Shown here in pieces: positions 12,319-24,978 of a stretch of DNA of 64,000 bases. The number at the start of each line of letters is the position of its first letter. The first letter of the stretch is position 1. The notes below the pieces were generated by a model. It ran no database searches. It saw only the letters and a list, made by a program, of their open reading frames with translations, and was not told the DNA's origin. The translations under genes and the position numbers were made by a program. Source of the DNA: Podospora anserina (lineage: Eukaryota); contig CM030332.1 in NCBI GenBank assembly GCA_017654855.1, positions 3,224,001 through 3,288,000 of the forward strand, written 5' to 3'.

Positions 12319-14094
12319 ATGTCAGCCATCCTCTCTGCCGACGATCTGAACGATTTCATATCCCCCGGCGTCGCTTGTATAAAACCGATCGAAACCCTTC
12401 CCACCGCGCCACCACCACAAGCTTCCGAATCTCTCGAATTCGAAGTCATCCTCGACGGTCAGCAACCCTCTGCCTCACAACCCGCAGGCCCGGCGCAAAT
12501 ATCCCTCACCGACTGCCTAGCCTGCTCAGGCTGCGTAACCTCGGCCGAAGCCGTCCTCGTCTCCCTCCAATCCCACAATGAAGTCCTCTCCCTGCTGGAC
12601 TCAGCCCCCAGCCTCGCCCTCTCCCAAGATGGCACCACCATAACCACCAACCTCGACGGAAACCCCTCCTCCAAACTCTTCGTCTGCTCTGTATCCCCCC
12701 AAGTCCTCGCCTCCCTCGCCGCCGCGATAGGAAACAACACCACCCAATCCCAGGCAGCAAACATGATCACCCACCTCCTCTCCAACCCCTCCCTCGGCCT
12801 CCCCTCAGGCGGCAGACACAACAACGGCTTCACCTACATCGTCCCCACCAACCGCGCCCGCGAAGCCTCCCTAGTCCTAGGCGCCGACGAAGTCATCTCC
12901 TCCTCCTCCAACGACATCAAAAAACCAGTCCTAACCTCCAGCTGCCCAGGCTGGGTCTGCTACGCCGAAAAGACCCACCCCTACGTCCTCCCCTACCTCT
13001 CAAAAGTCAAATCCCCCCAGGCCCTCACCGGCACCCTCCTCAAAACAACCCTCTCCAAAACCCTCAACATCTCCCCAGACAGGATATGGCACCTCTCCAT
13101 AATGCCCTGCTTCGACAAGAAGCTCGAGGCCAGCCGGGAAGAGCTCACCGATGCCGTCTGGAACAACACCTCCAACAACCCAGCCACAACCGCAACTCAA
13201 AAAGGAATCAGAGACGTCGACTGCGTAATCACCACCAAAGAAATCCTCATGCTCGCCGAATCACGCAACATCAATTTCTTCTCTCTACCTACAACCCCCC
13301 TCCCCCAGACCACGCCCTTCCCTCACAAAGCCATGGGCGATTTCCTTTTGCCTTTTTCCGCCCCGGGGAAGAAAAACGAACAGCAATCCCTTTCTGCGGG
13401 CACCTCCGGTGGAAATCTTCATTACATCCTCCACACCCTCCTCTCCCAAAACCCCGGTTCAACTTTGACCACCACCCGAGGCCGCAACGCCGACGTAATA
13501 GAGTACTCGATTCTCTCCTCCTCGGGGGAACAAATCTTCAAAGCCGCCCGCTACTACGGCTTCCGCAACATCCAAAACCTCGTTCGGAAGCTCAAGCCCG
13601 CCAGACCCCCCCGCATGCCTGGAGGAAAACCGTTTGGTTCAGCTCGACGACCTGGAAAGGCCGCGGGAGCCACCAACGCGCTGGATTTCTCCTATGTCGA
13701 GGTGATGGCGTGTCCGGGGGGTTGCACCAACGGTGGTGGACAGCTCAAGGTGGACGACCCGATTGTCCTCGAGAGGATGGGTTTTGGTGGGACCGAAAAC
13801 AAACCTGGGCCGCAGGAGCAAAAGGCTTGGTTGGAGGTGGTGGATGAGGCGTACTTTTCTGGTGATGATGAGGAGACATCATCATCTGAAAGGACAGATG
13901 ATGGCCTCGTGGTGGCTGGGATATCACCCGGTTATGTTCGGGATGTGCTGAGGGTGTGGTCGGAGCTGACGTCGGTGCCGGTGGAGAAGTTGGCGTATAC
14001 CACCTTTCGGGAGGTGGTTAGTGATGTGGGAAAGACGCAGACTGACACTGAACGGGTGGTTCAGTTGGCGGGGAAGATTGGTGGTGGTTGGTAG
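12319..14094 (+). CDS. NAR1: Cytosolic Fe-S cluster assembly factor (hydrogenase-like)
   Basis: MSAILSADDLNDFISPGVACIKP, ISLTDCLACSGCVTSAE, SSCPGWVCYAEK, MPCFDKKLEA, YGFRNIQN, EVMACPGGCTNGGGQ and a C-terminal W. Confidence 0.97.
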   Translation: MSAILSADDLNDFISPGVACIKPIETLPTAPPPQASESLEFEVILDGQQPSASQPAGPAQISLTDCLACSGCVTSAEAVLVSLQSHNEVLSLLDSAPSLALSQDGTTITTNLDGNPSSKLFVCSVSPQVLASLAAAIGNNTTQSQAANMITHLLSNPSLGLPSGGRHNNGFTYIVPTNRAREASLVLGADEVISSSSNDIKKPVLTSSCPGWVCYAEKTHPYVLPYLSKVKSPQALTGTLLKTTLSKTLNISPDRIWHLSIMPCFDKKLEASREELTDAVWNNTSNNPATTATQKGIRDVDCVITTKEILMLAESRNINFFSLPTTPLPQTTPFPHKAMGDFLLPFSAPGKKNEQQSLSAGTSGGNLHYILHTLLSQNPGSTLTTTRGRNADVIEYSILSSSGEQIFKAARYYGFRNIQNLVRKLKPARPPRMPGGKPFGSARRPGKAAGATNALDFSYVEVMACPGGCTNGGGQLKVDDPIVLERMGFGGTENKPGPQEQKAWLEVVDEAYFSGDDEETSSSERTDDGLVVAGISPGYVRDVLRVWSELTSVPVEKLAYTTFREVVSDVGKTQTDTERVVQLAGKIGGGW

Positions 14095-14214
14095 AGTAGT
14101 ACACTGGTATCTTGTACAGCGGTAGTTGGAGACATTTTCTGTTTTTGGGATACAGATCATATAGAATGATACCGTGTAGCGTCAATGCATTCTAGTCATG
14201 AAAGAATGGAAAGA

Positions 14215-15139
14215 TCAGCCGTTGGTTGCGCCTCGCTTGGCGAAACCGAAACCTCCTCTTCCGCTGCCGTCTGGACCTCTCGGTTGGCGGGTGATTTGGT
14301 CTTCTTCACGCGGTGTGTGAGAGCGGCTGGGCTGTTGAGAGGAGGAGGGGCCGCCGCCTCGTCGGTTGGGTGGTTTGGGGGAGTATTCCGCGTCGAAGAG
14401 CTCCCTCGACGGTGGTTCAGTTGTCTGCTGCTGAGGTTGCCGGTTGGTATTCCGCCCATTGTTGCTGCCCCTCCCGTTCCCTTCCCTCCCCCTGCCCCTC
14501 CCACCACCACCCCGTCCTCTATGTCCTCCTCCCCTACCATCATTCCCGGCCTGCGGGGGCGTCACCGTCCCTGGGGATGACTGCCCAGAGGAAGGGTTTG
14601 AGTCCCCAAAGATCTTTGCTCTTTGTTCTTGATACCGGCGCTGCTTTTCCTCTAGTTCTCTCCTCTGGCGCTCCTTGCGCTCTTGGGGATTTTCGGGCTT
14701 TTGGGCGGCCGTGTCGGGGTCTTCGTCGTCGAAGTCGTCGGGTTGGGTGATGGTGAGTTGTTCGAGACCGGTGGCTGGATCGCGGACGAGGGTTTTCTGG
14801 GGGATTGGGCGGCGGGAGAGGAGCTGGATGGGGGGTTTGAAGGGGGTGGAGAGGGGGATTGGGTTTGTGATGGGGAGGTAGGGGGTTGGTTCTGGGGCTT
14901 CACTATATGGTGTTAGTGATGGGGGAATGGTTTGGGTCTTGAGGGACGTACGCTGACTCCCATAACCTGCGCTGCTCCTCTAGGTGTTTCGCGCGACGCT
15001 CGGCTTTGGAGAGGGGCGCTGGTGGTGGTGGTGGTGGTGATGGTGGTGAGGGTTCGGCCGGGGTTTTGGAGAGGCGGTCGGCTTTGGGGGCCCAGTCGTC
15101 GTCCCAGGCGTCGGGGATGGGGGTTCGGTTTTTGGACAT
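14215..15139 (-). CDS. SUZ / SUZ-C domain RNA-binding protein; exons 15139-14952, 14902-14215
   Basis: IPDAWDDDW, KPPIQLLSRRP, EEKQRRYQEQRAKIFG (SUZ), an RGG-rich stretch and RQPRGPDGSGRGGFGF (SUZ-C). Confidence 0.8.
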
Positions 15140-15580
15140 GGTTGGGTTGTGGTTTGTGTGTGTTTGCTGGTTTGAGAGTTAAGTTTTTCAATTCACGAAA
15201 TCGGTCCAATATCTGGGAGGAGGGGGAGAAATCATGAACTTGCAATTGAAAATGGAGCCTCGGTCGAGAGACAACCCGCCCCCCCCCCCGCCCCCCAGCA
15301 CAATAGCAGGGATCCCTGAACCTGTAGGGCTCCGCCGCTGTTGAAGGCAGGTGCACGGACCATGGGTGACAGGCTTGGCAGGGCAGGTAGGGTAGGGAGT
15401 TGAATGACATGCTCCTCTGGCCTTCATCTTCTTCTCTTGGAGTTGGAAAAAAGTACATTTTCGAAATTACATATCAAAGTCGTTCCTCCTCACCAGTTTG
15501 ATACGAGCCTGCTGTGTCAGTATCGGAAGAGACCTGCGTTCAGTCTAGTTTCGGTTCGAAATTCAATACAAAAGTCAGCC

Positions 15581-15972
15581 ATGTCCACCGATTTGACCAT
15601 GTCCGACTTGCCGGACCTCAGCACACCCCCAATCCAGACTCCTCAGCATCAACATCAGCAAACCCCGGCCGGGAAGCCGCTGGCGTCGTGGAATACACCC
15701 AAGTTCAGGGAGGAGTATGAGAATGCCAGAGCTCGGCTTCAGCATGGTGATTTCAGTTGTTGTAAGTCATGGATTGTTTCGAAATTCAAATCTTGAGAAG
15801 CTGAAGCTGGGACCTATCAATACTGATTCCAACGTCAGCTGCTCTCCCTGATCCGCTTGCTCCTCGTCCAGCCATAGCAACCCACAGTCGGTTTGATCCC
15901 CAGACGGAGGAGAGGCTGAAGGGTGTTCTCAGAGCTGCAAAGGAGTCTGTTCAAGGTGGTGGTAGTTCATGA
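15581..15972 (+). CDS. Small hypothetical protein; exons 15581-15761, 15839-15972
   Basis: GCCATG start; the GTAAGT..CTGAT..CAG intron joins SWNTPKFREEYENARARLQHGDFSC to SALPDPLAPRP...GGSS*. Confidence 0.65.
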
Positions 15973-18938
15973 TATCTATGAGATGGCTTGATGTGGGAAA
16001 GGGGAAATATTCAAGAAGTTTTGTGCGGTGGTGAGAGGGATATTGAAGTTCATGGCTATGTTATGATGATTTGAAGATTCGGGAATTGTTATAGAATGAA
16101 GGGAATGAACAACTCTGCCCATGATAATAAAAACTTATATGAAGGCATGTATGTTTACCTCATTCAAAGATTATGAGTCTTCCCACCCCGGTCACTACGA
16201 ATGATTATGATAGTCTGATGACTGTGGTGTAGCTATCACTCTACCACTTTATGAAATTGGCAAGATGTGTGGCGTAGGTGGAAAGACATGACGGAATCCG
16301 AGACATGTGGCTCTGAATGACATGGGTTCAGTTTGGAATCTCGATTCTCTTTTTCTGCTAAAGGCAAGCCAAGACACTCCGGGGGTTTGGTTACACCGGC
16401 CCTTTTTGAGTTTGTATACACCCGAGACAGAAAAGGGGGGTTGTTTGCGAAGCTGAAGGGTTCGCAAAGATACACACCCGGAGTGCTGGACTCGTAAACG
16501 CTACCACTCAGAGTTCAAGGTTAGGTGACATGCTCGGTTGATGAATTGTGAGATACACTTGTGTAAGATCATGTACAAAAAAGGTCTGATTTGATATCTT
16601 GTGAGCAGACATAGTGGCAATGCTGGTACTCACTGAACATAAAGTTAGATGTTCCCTGCCAAGAGAGACAGATTGACACCGCTAGATATTGCCCTTTGGG
16701 TAGTCAAGCCGTTAAACTTGGAACGAACTGCTCAACGTGGAACCGAGCGTGGCAACACAGATCACGAGTGTTGACGTGGTGGTACGGGGTAGAGACCGGA
16801 GTGTAAGCGGTGAGTTCTAGTTGGTCTCCTCTCTGAGCATTCTGATATCAAGGTGGAACGTGCCACAAAGTAGTTGTCACTTCTGCAGGTGTATAGATTC
16901 TGTATCGAGGGCAGAAGGTAGGCCGAGAAGATGCCAGCATACATACAGTTCCGCCATGTCATTGGTACAGCTACATGCAGTTGGCCGCAGAGGTTCTGTC
17001 TTGGCCAGGTGGAAGATTACGATGTGGTTCTGGAGACGAGAAGAAGATTCGCCGCCGCCGCCCTCTTGCTTCTTCTGCCAACAGCGCCATTCGATGTCGG
17101 ACAGTAAACCTGATCTTTGGAGGCCAAGCGGCATCCTCCTCGGCCTTGTATCGATGTCAAGAGACTCCGGTAGTGATATCTGTACGACCCTTGATAAGGA
17201 GGGGGATGGACGGTTGCTAGCTTCGGCAGATTGTCTTTTCTCGGGAGTATACAAGGCGGCTGTGGGAAGTCGTGTCTTTTCTCGCGCGTTGTGCTAGAGA
17301 ACACGAAAGGTTATTTGGAAGGTGGCGTTGAGTGCCCCAGCTTTTATAAGACTGACTCCCAACGTCTCGATGGTACGGCCGGGCTGAGGCGATTTCGATC
17401 AGAGCTGACGGGCACACGAATCAGGTCTTATTGACACATGCGTAACAGTATGAGAAGGTCCAATACTGTGTTGTTGAAATGACCTGCATGTCCTCGGCGA
17501 GACCTGTGGGCGGAAGGAGAAGGAGCATCCGTCTGACGGCAAGTTGTTTGTATCTACTTAGCGATAAGGGGCACAGTCTTCGGTTTCAACAAGTCCAGGC
17601 TAACCAACGGCTCGCAATATTGATGATGACAAGATGTGTGACGGCAAGGTTTGGATGGCTCTTATGCAATGATTAACGAGACTCGATCCGCCATTTAGGC
17701 TAGGGCGGTGTCGGAAACAAACCTGTAGACCAGAACCGAGAGAGACCTCGCTCGACTTACACCACCCCAAATAGGAAGTCTTGGCATTTGATTTGGGTAT
17801 TGGAGCACCCGGGCAAAAGAAACCAAAGCAAGCGTAACAAAGCCAAAAAGCAGAATTCAGTTCCTTCCCTAGGTACCTGCAGCCACGTTAAAACCCGGCC
17901 GCTTTCAAGGGCCGGGTAAGGCCTGACCCAGCATTGCGGGTAGATGGTCATGACCGTCGCAAACAAAAATAGCTGCTTGGGCCCAGAGCACTGAACTCAA
18001 TGGTTGGGGGCAAATGTCATTTCTCTTTCTGACCACTCTTTTCCACTCAACTTTGTAACTGTCACTCTCGGCTGTAGACTGAATGGAACTGCCATCGCCG
18101 CCATCAATACCAGCCATCCTCCAGCCATGTGCCTGTTGTATCCGGTGACCTGGCAGCGCTGAGACACTGGACGGAGACAGAACGCTTTATATACGACAGA
18201 CAGCCAGAGCAACAAGCCGCATCGCCCGCATCTCAGAACCAGAGGCAACAGGCCCTTTATTTCTTGACGTAATATTCAAAGCCAAAGGCCGTAACCCGTC
18301 GGAAAGCGCTCTGCCAACACGACCACCCAAAAATCCATTCCCACGACAGCCACCTGCACTCTCTCACTGCCGAGCTTTGAATAATTGCCCCTCTCTTGAC
18401 ACCTCACCTGCCTGCGGCGCTGTCGTCGAAGCTCCCCAGCTGCTCCCCAGCTGCTCCCAGAGCAACTCGCAACCCAGCTGGAGGGGCTCGTAGCCAACCA
18501 TTGCCCCACTATTCGCAGCCTAGGCTTTGCACGGTGGAAGCCGCCATTCAACGCATTCACTTTTTAACTTCTTGAAGAATTGCTCCGGTGTGCGAATCTT
18601 CCGCTTTTCCAACTCTGGATTCACCACTGCCCAACCCCAGACCTCCCAACCTTGCCGCAGGACCCCGCGGCCACTTGGGCGCTTCCAACACCACACAGCT
18701 CAGCAGACACTTCTCTCAGTATACCGCCTCATTCTTGTCTTCATTCTTCCTCACCCACCTCATCACCTCACCACCTCACCACCTCACCACGCCCACCCAT
18801 CACCGACAACACCGACAACAGCCGCATCCATACCCGCAAGATCCCCCACGGCCACCTGCGCCGACAACCCGGTCCGAGTCGGTCTCCTCTGTCTCTCCCC
18901 GATCGACTTCTGCTGAGCAGACCAACGTGAGGCAAACA

Positions 18939-20902
18939 ATGTCGGGCCCCGCAGGCGAAACTGCTGCCGCACCCTCCACCGGCGGCTCGGGAGGGGGTTT
19001 TGATCTGCTCCGGAGGGCAACTCAAGCCATGATGTCAAAGTAAGTATCTTCTGCTCGCACCCCGTCTGTTGTTGTTGCATCTTCCCTGTCCCGTCGCTTC
19101 GACCTTCACTTTATCCCCATATTGCCCACATCTTCTATTCGGCCTTCCAGAAGGCCGGCATTGCTTTTAGCCACGACGACGCTCAGAGTCCCAACAACAT
19201 CCAAGAAGTCGCACCGCATCGACATTGCAATCCATCAAAGCCCGGAGCACACCGTCTCATCAACCGACAAACCCCTCTGGTGGCTGGGTCTCAAGCGGCA
19301 GCGAGGTGGCGATGGAGACAGAGGGGCCTGACAGCTGTCGTCCTGTCGGCGCGTTACTTGGGACCACCCCCTTGCCCAAACATGGATAGACAGTCTCTTT
19401 CCTACCCCGCCACGGCTGCTCATACGTACACTACGAAACGTTGCAGACTCCGCATATCTCCCTCCTCTTCGCTGGCCGTCCGCCCTACGGGAAAGTTGAG
19501 TCAGTCTGGCTAGTGCCGTCATCGCAAGTGCAAAAGTTGGGCGAGTTGCGGATTACGGTATCTGTCATCACACAATGCGGCGCTCCTACTCCCGCTCCCG
19601 CTCCCCTTGCAAATGAGGGGCGTTCCTCTATGATTGCACCACCTCACTCGGTTCCGCCTACCGGATGTTTCTTGACCTGGCAAGGGCCATGTACCCATCG
19701 GTGTCGTATCTGCCGTCCTCACCAATCTGATGTGCACATGCAAAAAGCGCATTGTCGTACCGGGATTGCGCCGGCGGCGACGGGGGTCGAAGACATTCGC
19801 GTGGGCTGAGAGGGGGTGCGGGCATATCAAGCCGAGAACGGCCTGACTCGCTGAGTGAGCGAACCTGGAAGCTGCTGGCTGCTGGCAGGCTGCCCTGGAT
19901 TGTTCAGTCGGCACACCCCCCTCAGCGGCCCCCTCACCCCTCCGTTCAACCCGATCTTGGGGCTTGGAATTGGGCCATGGGCACTGCAAAATGCTCGATA
20001 TTCCCCCACTCACAGGCCTTTGCACCCACGATAACCACATGGCAAGCATCAAGGTTGCTTCCATATCCAGTCTGCCTGATGAAGGGTTCGGCAGCGCAAC
20101 AGGCAAGAAAATCCTCGGCCAGAAGGGGTTCTGTTCGCTCTCGGCCTCCCGGGTTTTGCAGATTCCTGCAATTCCTGCACAGCACTGCCAGCCCGACGGC
20201 CTGCCCCTACCTGCCCCATAGCCGTCCTGCCTTGCTTTCTACTGGGTGAGGCCATTTCTGGGGCGATCGTTAAAAGCCAGCAGGCCGCTGCCCCCTCCCC
20301 TCCCCTCCCCGTCCCCCGGCTACAGCTTTCTCGTCATAGATGTAGTATATCCCACCCCTCTCCCCTCCCGAGAACCACTTCGTCGGCTCAACTGTTCTTG
20401 TTGTTGGAATCTACCCCAACCCAATTCGCCCAAAATTCACCATGAGCTAGCACCCTTTCCCCACGGCTGTCATCGTCTCCTGTCAATTTGTGCCCCACCT
20501 TATTACCCCCCCCCTTTTTCTCCTCGGTCAACGAACAACCCCTGCCTTGGTTTGCCTGCTTTCTCCGTGCTTCGGAAAAAATAACTCATCGTCAACATGG
20601 AAGGTATTAACCAGCGCAGCAGGTCTGTCGCGGCAGCGGAAGAGGACGGTGCGGCGGATCAGATTGGTTACGAATCGCCGCGCTCTGGCATTGCGACTCC
20701 GCAGCCAGACCTTCAAGATCGACGGCTGCCGGGCATCATGAGCTACTTCAACCAGGTTCGTGCAAGCTCTTTTCCGCGACTGTTTTCTGGTTCTTTCAGG
20801 ACGAGTGGACAAGCCGCGACTACTCAGAAGGCCTCCGACCACCAGACCGACGAGGCACGGGAACCCGATACACCGCCAGAGGTCCCACTCTCGCCCGCTG
20901 GG

Positions 20903-20939
<37 letters not shown>

Positions 20940-23375
20940 CAGAACCATGCACCGATGCGTCAGATGAGGGTCCTCCTCTTCTGGCTCACGAGATTCTGGG
21001 ACCTCCATCTGAGTCGTTGCCCCAGGAAGGCAGCCGGTTGCATCCCTACCCGACCCCTCCAGTCTCGCAGCCTTCGTCGTTGCGCAACTATGCTGGAGAC
21101 CGGGGTAGCGTAAAGTCCCGAAGCGGGACGCCTCCTCTGTTTCGCCGTCCCAGCGTCTCTGACGCCGGCAAGGGCAAAGCAAGGAGGATGTCGATGCTGG
21201 CGCCCCTGACAACGACCACGGTGAACGGCTCCGTCGTGACGGCTTCTCACCTTTCCAACCCGGCTGGCCGTGCCTCTACTGTCCCTAACTCTCCAAGTCG
21301 TCCCACATCTCACGACAGAATTTCTTACGAGTCCGCCTCTGTGTTGCATCTCAAGAAGCTAACAAGTGTGTCGGGAAAAAAGAGCGGTGCCAACACCCCA
21401 ACTCGTGCACTCTCATCTACCCAACATTCGCGCTCCAGCGATGGGCATGACAGTAACTCTAGGCACAACGGCGAGAGCATTGATCGGACTGCGACCAACA
21501 CACCAACACCTCAGGGCGCCCGAGTACCAGCCCCAAGAGGAAAATTGGCCGTCAAGATTTCCGAAGCCAGAGGGCTAAAGCGATGTCAAAACCCTTATGT
21601 CGTTGTTGTTTTCCAGCGAAGCGAGCTCATCTCGGCCGGCCCTCGACCTTCGGAGATGGACGACGATGCCGCCATTGCCGCTGTGGCCATGGGCGGAGTG
21701 CCGATTCAGCGCACAGGGAGCGATTCTGGCAGGCCAATGGCGATTCCAATGCGAAGCAGACAGAGCAGCAACACCAGTCTTTCCGATTTCAACACTTTCC
21801 GCAACCGCACCTCTGGGTCGCGGCGGTCCTTGACCAACCCAAAGTGGGACGCGGAAGCCATCTTGTAGGTGACAACTATGTCGCGGGCTCATGCGACGAT
21901 GCTGACAGCAGAACAGCGATGTTATTGACTCGGACATGCTTGTGGACATTTCGGTTTACGGGCAAGGACAAAATGGGGAGGAGTTCTTGGGTCATGTCGA
22001 TTTCGAGGCCAAGTCGTCTGAGAGGGAGGGACCGGTCCGTGGTTGGTTCCCACTGAAAGGACATGCCGACACAATGGCCGAAAATGCGCCGACGGGCGAG
22101 ATTTACGTCGAGGCGTTTTACCAGCGAGCGGAGCCGAAGCATTATGGACCCGAAGACTTTCAGATTTTGCGACTTATCGGCAAGGGCACGTTCGGTCAGG
22201 TATATCAGGTTCGCAAGAAGGACACCAAGCGCATTTACGCCATGAAGGTCTTGTCGAAGAAGGTGATTGTGCAGAAGAAGGAGGTGGCACATACCGTTGG
22301 CGAGCGCAACATTCTGGTACGGACAGCGATGGCCGATTCCCCATTTATTGTGGGCCTTAAGTTCTCCTTCCAGACTCCTTCTGATCTCTATCTGGTCACG
22401 GATTACATGTCGGGTGGAGAGCTCTTTTGGCATTTGCAAAAGGATGGCAAGTTTGAGGAGAAGCGCGCCAAGTTCTACATTGCGGAGCTGATTCTCGCGA
22501 TTCAACATCTCCATAAGAACGACATTGTTTATCGCGATTTGAAGCCCGAGAACATTTTGCTGGATGCGAACGGCCACATTGCGCTCTGCGATTTCGGTCT
22601 TTCCAAGGCCAACCTCACCAAGAACGACACCACCAACACATTCTGCGGCACAACGGAATATCTCGCCCCAGAAGTGCTCTTAGACGAGACGGGTTACACC
22701 AAGATGGTTGACTTCTGGTCTTTGGGCGTCCTGGTTTTCGAAATGTGTTGCGGGTGGAGCCCATTCTACGCCGAGGAGACGCAACAAATGTACAAGAACA
22801 TTGCTTTTGGCAAGGTTCGATTCCCTCGGGATACTTTGTCGTTGGAAGGCCGGAATTTTGTCAAGGGGCTGCTGAACCGCAACCCGAAGCATCGTCTCGG
22901 CGCGACTGACGATGCCGAAGAGCTGAAGAGACACGCGTTCTTTGCCGACATTGACTGGGATGCTCTTTCTAAGAAGTTGATCACCCCTCCATTTAAGCCG
23001 CAACTCAAGAACGACACCGATGTCTCCTACTTCGACCCCGAGTTCACCAACGCTCTCAACACCAACGGGTCACTCAACGAGCGGGCGGCCGCCCTGGCCA
23101 AGGGATACGCGACATCGACTCCCCTCTCACCATCAGTACAGGCCAATTTCCAGGGATTCACGTTTGTGGATGAGAGCGCGCTTGACGACCACATGGGGAA
23201 CAGGTATAGCAAGTACGAGGACGAGGACATGGATGATGATCACGACCGGAGGAGGGATGATGACTGGGACGACATGCGCGATGTCGATCCCCGGAATTCA
23301 AATCGCATGAGTGGAATCGTCAGGACCAACACTCACGATGAGCAGATGTTTGGTGCATCAAACTTCGACATGTAG
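18939..23375 (+). CDS. SCH9: AGC kinase Sch9 (C2 plus kinase domain); putative exon 18939-19039, then 20623 (or own ATG 20597)-21864 and 21917-23375
   Basis: ESPRSGIATPQPDLQDRRLP, C2 domain, GKGTFGQV, VAHTVGERNILVRT, GWSPFYAE and hydrophobic motif FQGFTFVDES. The upstream exon is inferred from splice phase. Confidence 0.93.
20903..20947 (+). repeat. (CCAGAG)n coding hexamer repeat encoding (PE)n in Sch9
   Basis: About 7 tandem copies seen directly. Confidence 0.9.
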
Positions 23376-23827
23376 TCTTTTGCATGGCTCTCTGTCTCTC
23401 TTTCTACCTATGACAATCCTCCGTTTCTTCTCTCTCGATTAATCTTGTTACTTTTCAGCTTTTTTTTTAACCTTCTTTGACTACATTTGTGGGCTGGGGG
23501 GAGAGAAAATGGCACATAACTCACTCGAGCAAAAAGAAAAGAAAACCCTTTTTTTTACAGACACTTGTTTGATGACCCCAACGAGGCTCTTATTACGCAC
23601 TACTTACTTATAACCATAGCATTGTGCATTTCAAGGTCGGTTTCTAATGGGGGTGGGTGCATGGGCTCGGTCGGTGGTGTGTGTTTTGGTTGGTTGGTTG
23701 GTTGGTTGGGGGAGGTGTTGAGGTGTTTGATGTTTTTTTCTTTTTCTTGATTTTTTTGATGATGAAATGGGGAGCAGCAGCACACTATAAGAACAATAAT
23801 AAGAACCAACTGGCAAGGTGTTCTTGG

Positions 23828-23907
23828 GTGTGTGTGAGTGTGAGTGAGTGAGTGAGTGAGTGAGTGAGTGAGTGAGTGAGTGAGTGAGTGAGTGAGTGAG
23901 TGAGTGA

Positions 23908-23940
<33 letters not shown>
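23828..23940. repeat. Compound microsatellite (GTGA)n followed by (TG)n
   Basis: Seen directly downstream of SCH9. Confidence 0.95.
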
Positions 23941-24077
23941 GAAGTTGGTTGGGGGGGAGAGAAGTAGGTAAATTAATAATCTTTAATGGACAGCGAGAGG
24001 TTGTTCAACGTTTATGAAGAGTGCTTTGCTCAATGAAAATACTCTATGGTGATGTTTGTGAATGTGTATTTTGTGGG

Positions 24078-24078
24078 G

Positions 24079-24136
<58 letters not shown>

Positions 24137-24149
24137 GCTGCTGCTGCTG
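24078..24149. repeat. Microsatellite (GTT)n grading into (GCT)n
   Basis: Seen directly. Confidence 0.95.
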
Positions 24150-24978
24150 TAGTTGAGAAACAAAATCGGTGATGGCAAGGTGTGTTATGGTCACAGAAAG
24201 AAAGGTTGAAAAATAATCATGGTTTTAATGAGGATGAAAGTTGAAGACAAGCCTGGAATACTGATCCTCGTATTATGGATTGGTCTGTTTATATGCTGTG
24301 GTGAAAAGAAGAAGTAGCCACGTAGAGCTGAATGGCGACGTCTTCGCTTCATAACGTGGATGACATTCAAGAGTTTTTATCACCCATGGCGATCGATCCG
24401 TTCCCCCTCTCACCATGGCCTTGATGGGAGTTTTTACGTCACATAGGTAGGTCGGTGATTACCCCAGACAGCCTCATGTGCTGCCCAGAGAAATTGTTTT
24501 CTCTTGGAGTTGGTATCCGCCTTAAAAGGGGGTAGCCGCCCCCCCTCCACCTCCGGGTCCGGGCGAGATCAAAGAAGCTGAGCTAGGAGCTTTGACATTG
24601 TCCCTTCAGCTCTGGCAGAGCTTGTAGTAGGTGGTTGGTTCACCCTCGCAGTCAAGAATCACCGTTTTAAACCAGCAGGGAGATTGTTCAATACCGCTGC
24701 GAGCGAGCCATCATAAAAAAACCAAAAAGGAGAAAAAAATCAATGTACACATTGACTACGGCCCATCTGTCCGAAATCAATCATCCTCCCCCACCCACCA
24801 TCAACGCAAACACACAGCTTCATTTTTTTGCCATCTTGGAAGTCCAGCGTGACCTAACCGCCAAGTTCCAATAATGTATAATTCCCCATCTACCTCCTTC
24901 CATTCGTCCGAAAGTCCCCCCCTCCGGTCCAAGGTGAAAGCGGATGTTTATTCAGCGCTGTCGAGGATAAAAGGAAAT

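Noticed and set aside
16000-18900. Many short ORFs in the long region upstream of SCH9
   Set aside because: No motifs, codon bias or convincing splice models; probably regulatory DNA, although a decayed gene near 16.8-17.4 kb cannot be excluded.
20756-21320. Possible internal alternative intron in SCH9 from the CAG|GTTCGT donor
   Set aside because: The nearest good branch/acceptor pairs are out of phase; cannot be supported without transcripts.
23373-23480. Readthrough or editing of other TAG stops (SCH9, NAR1, PRP4, ADE2) and a cryptic PTS1 after ERG10
   Set aside because: Extensions are short (4-35 codons) with no domain or SKL-type signal, unlike the Iec1-like case.
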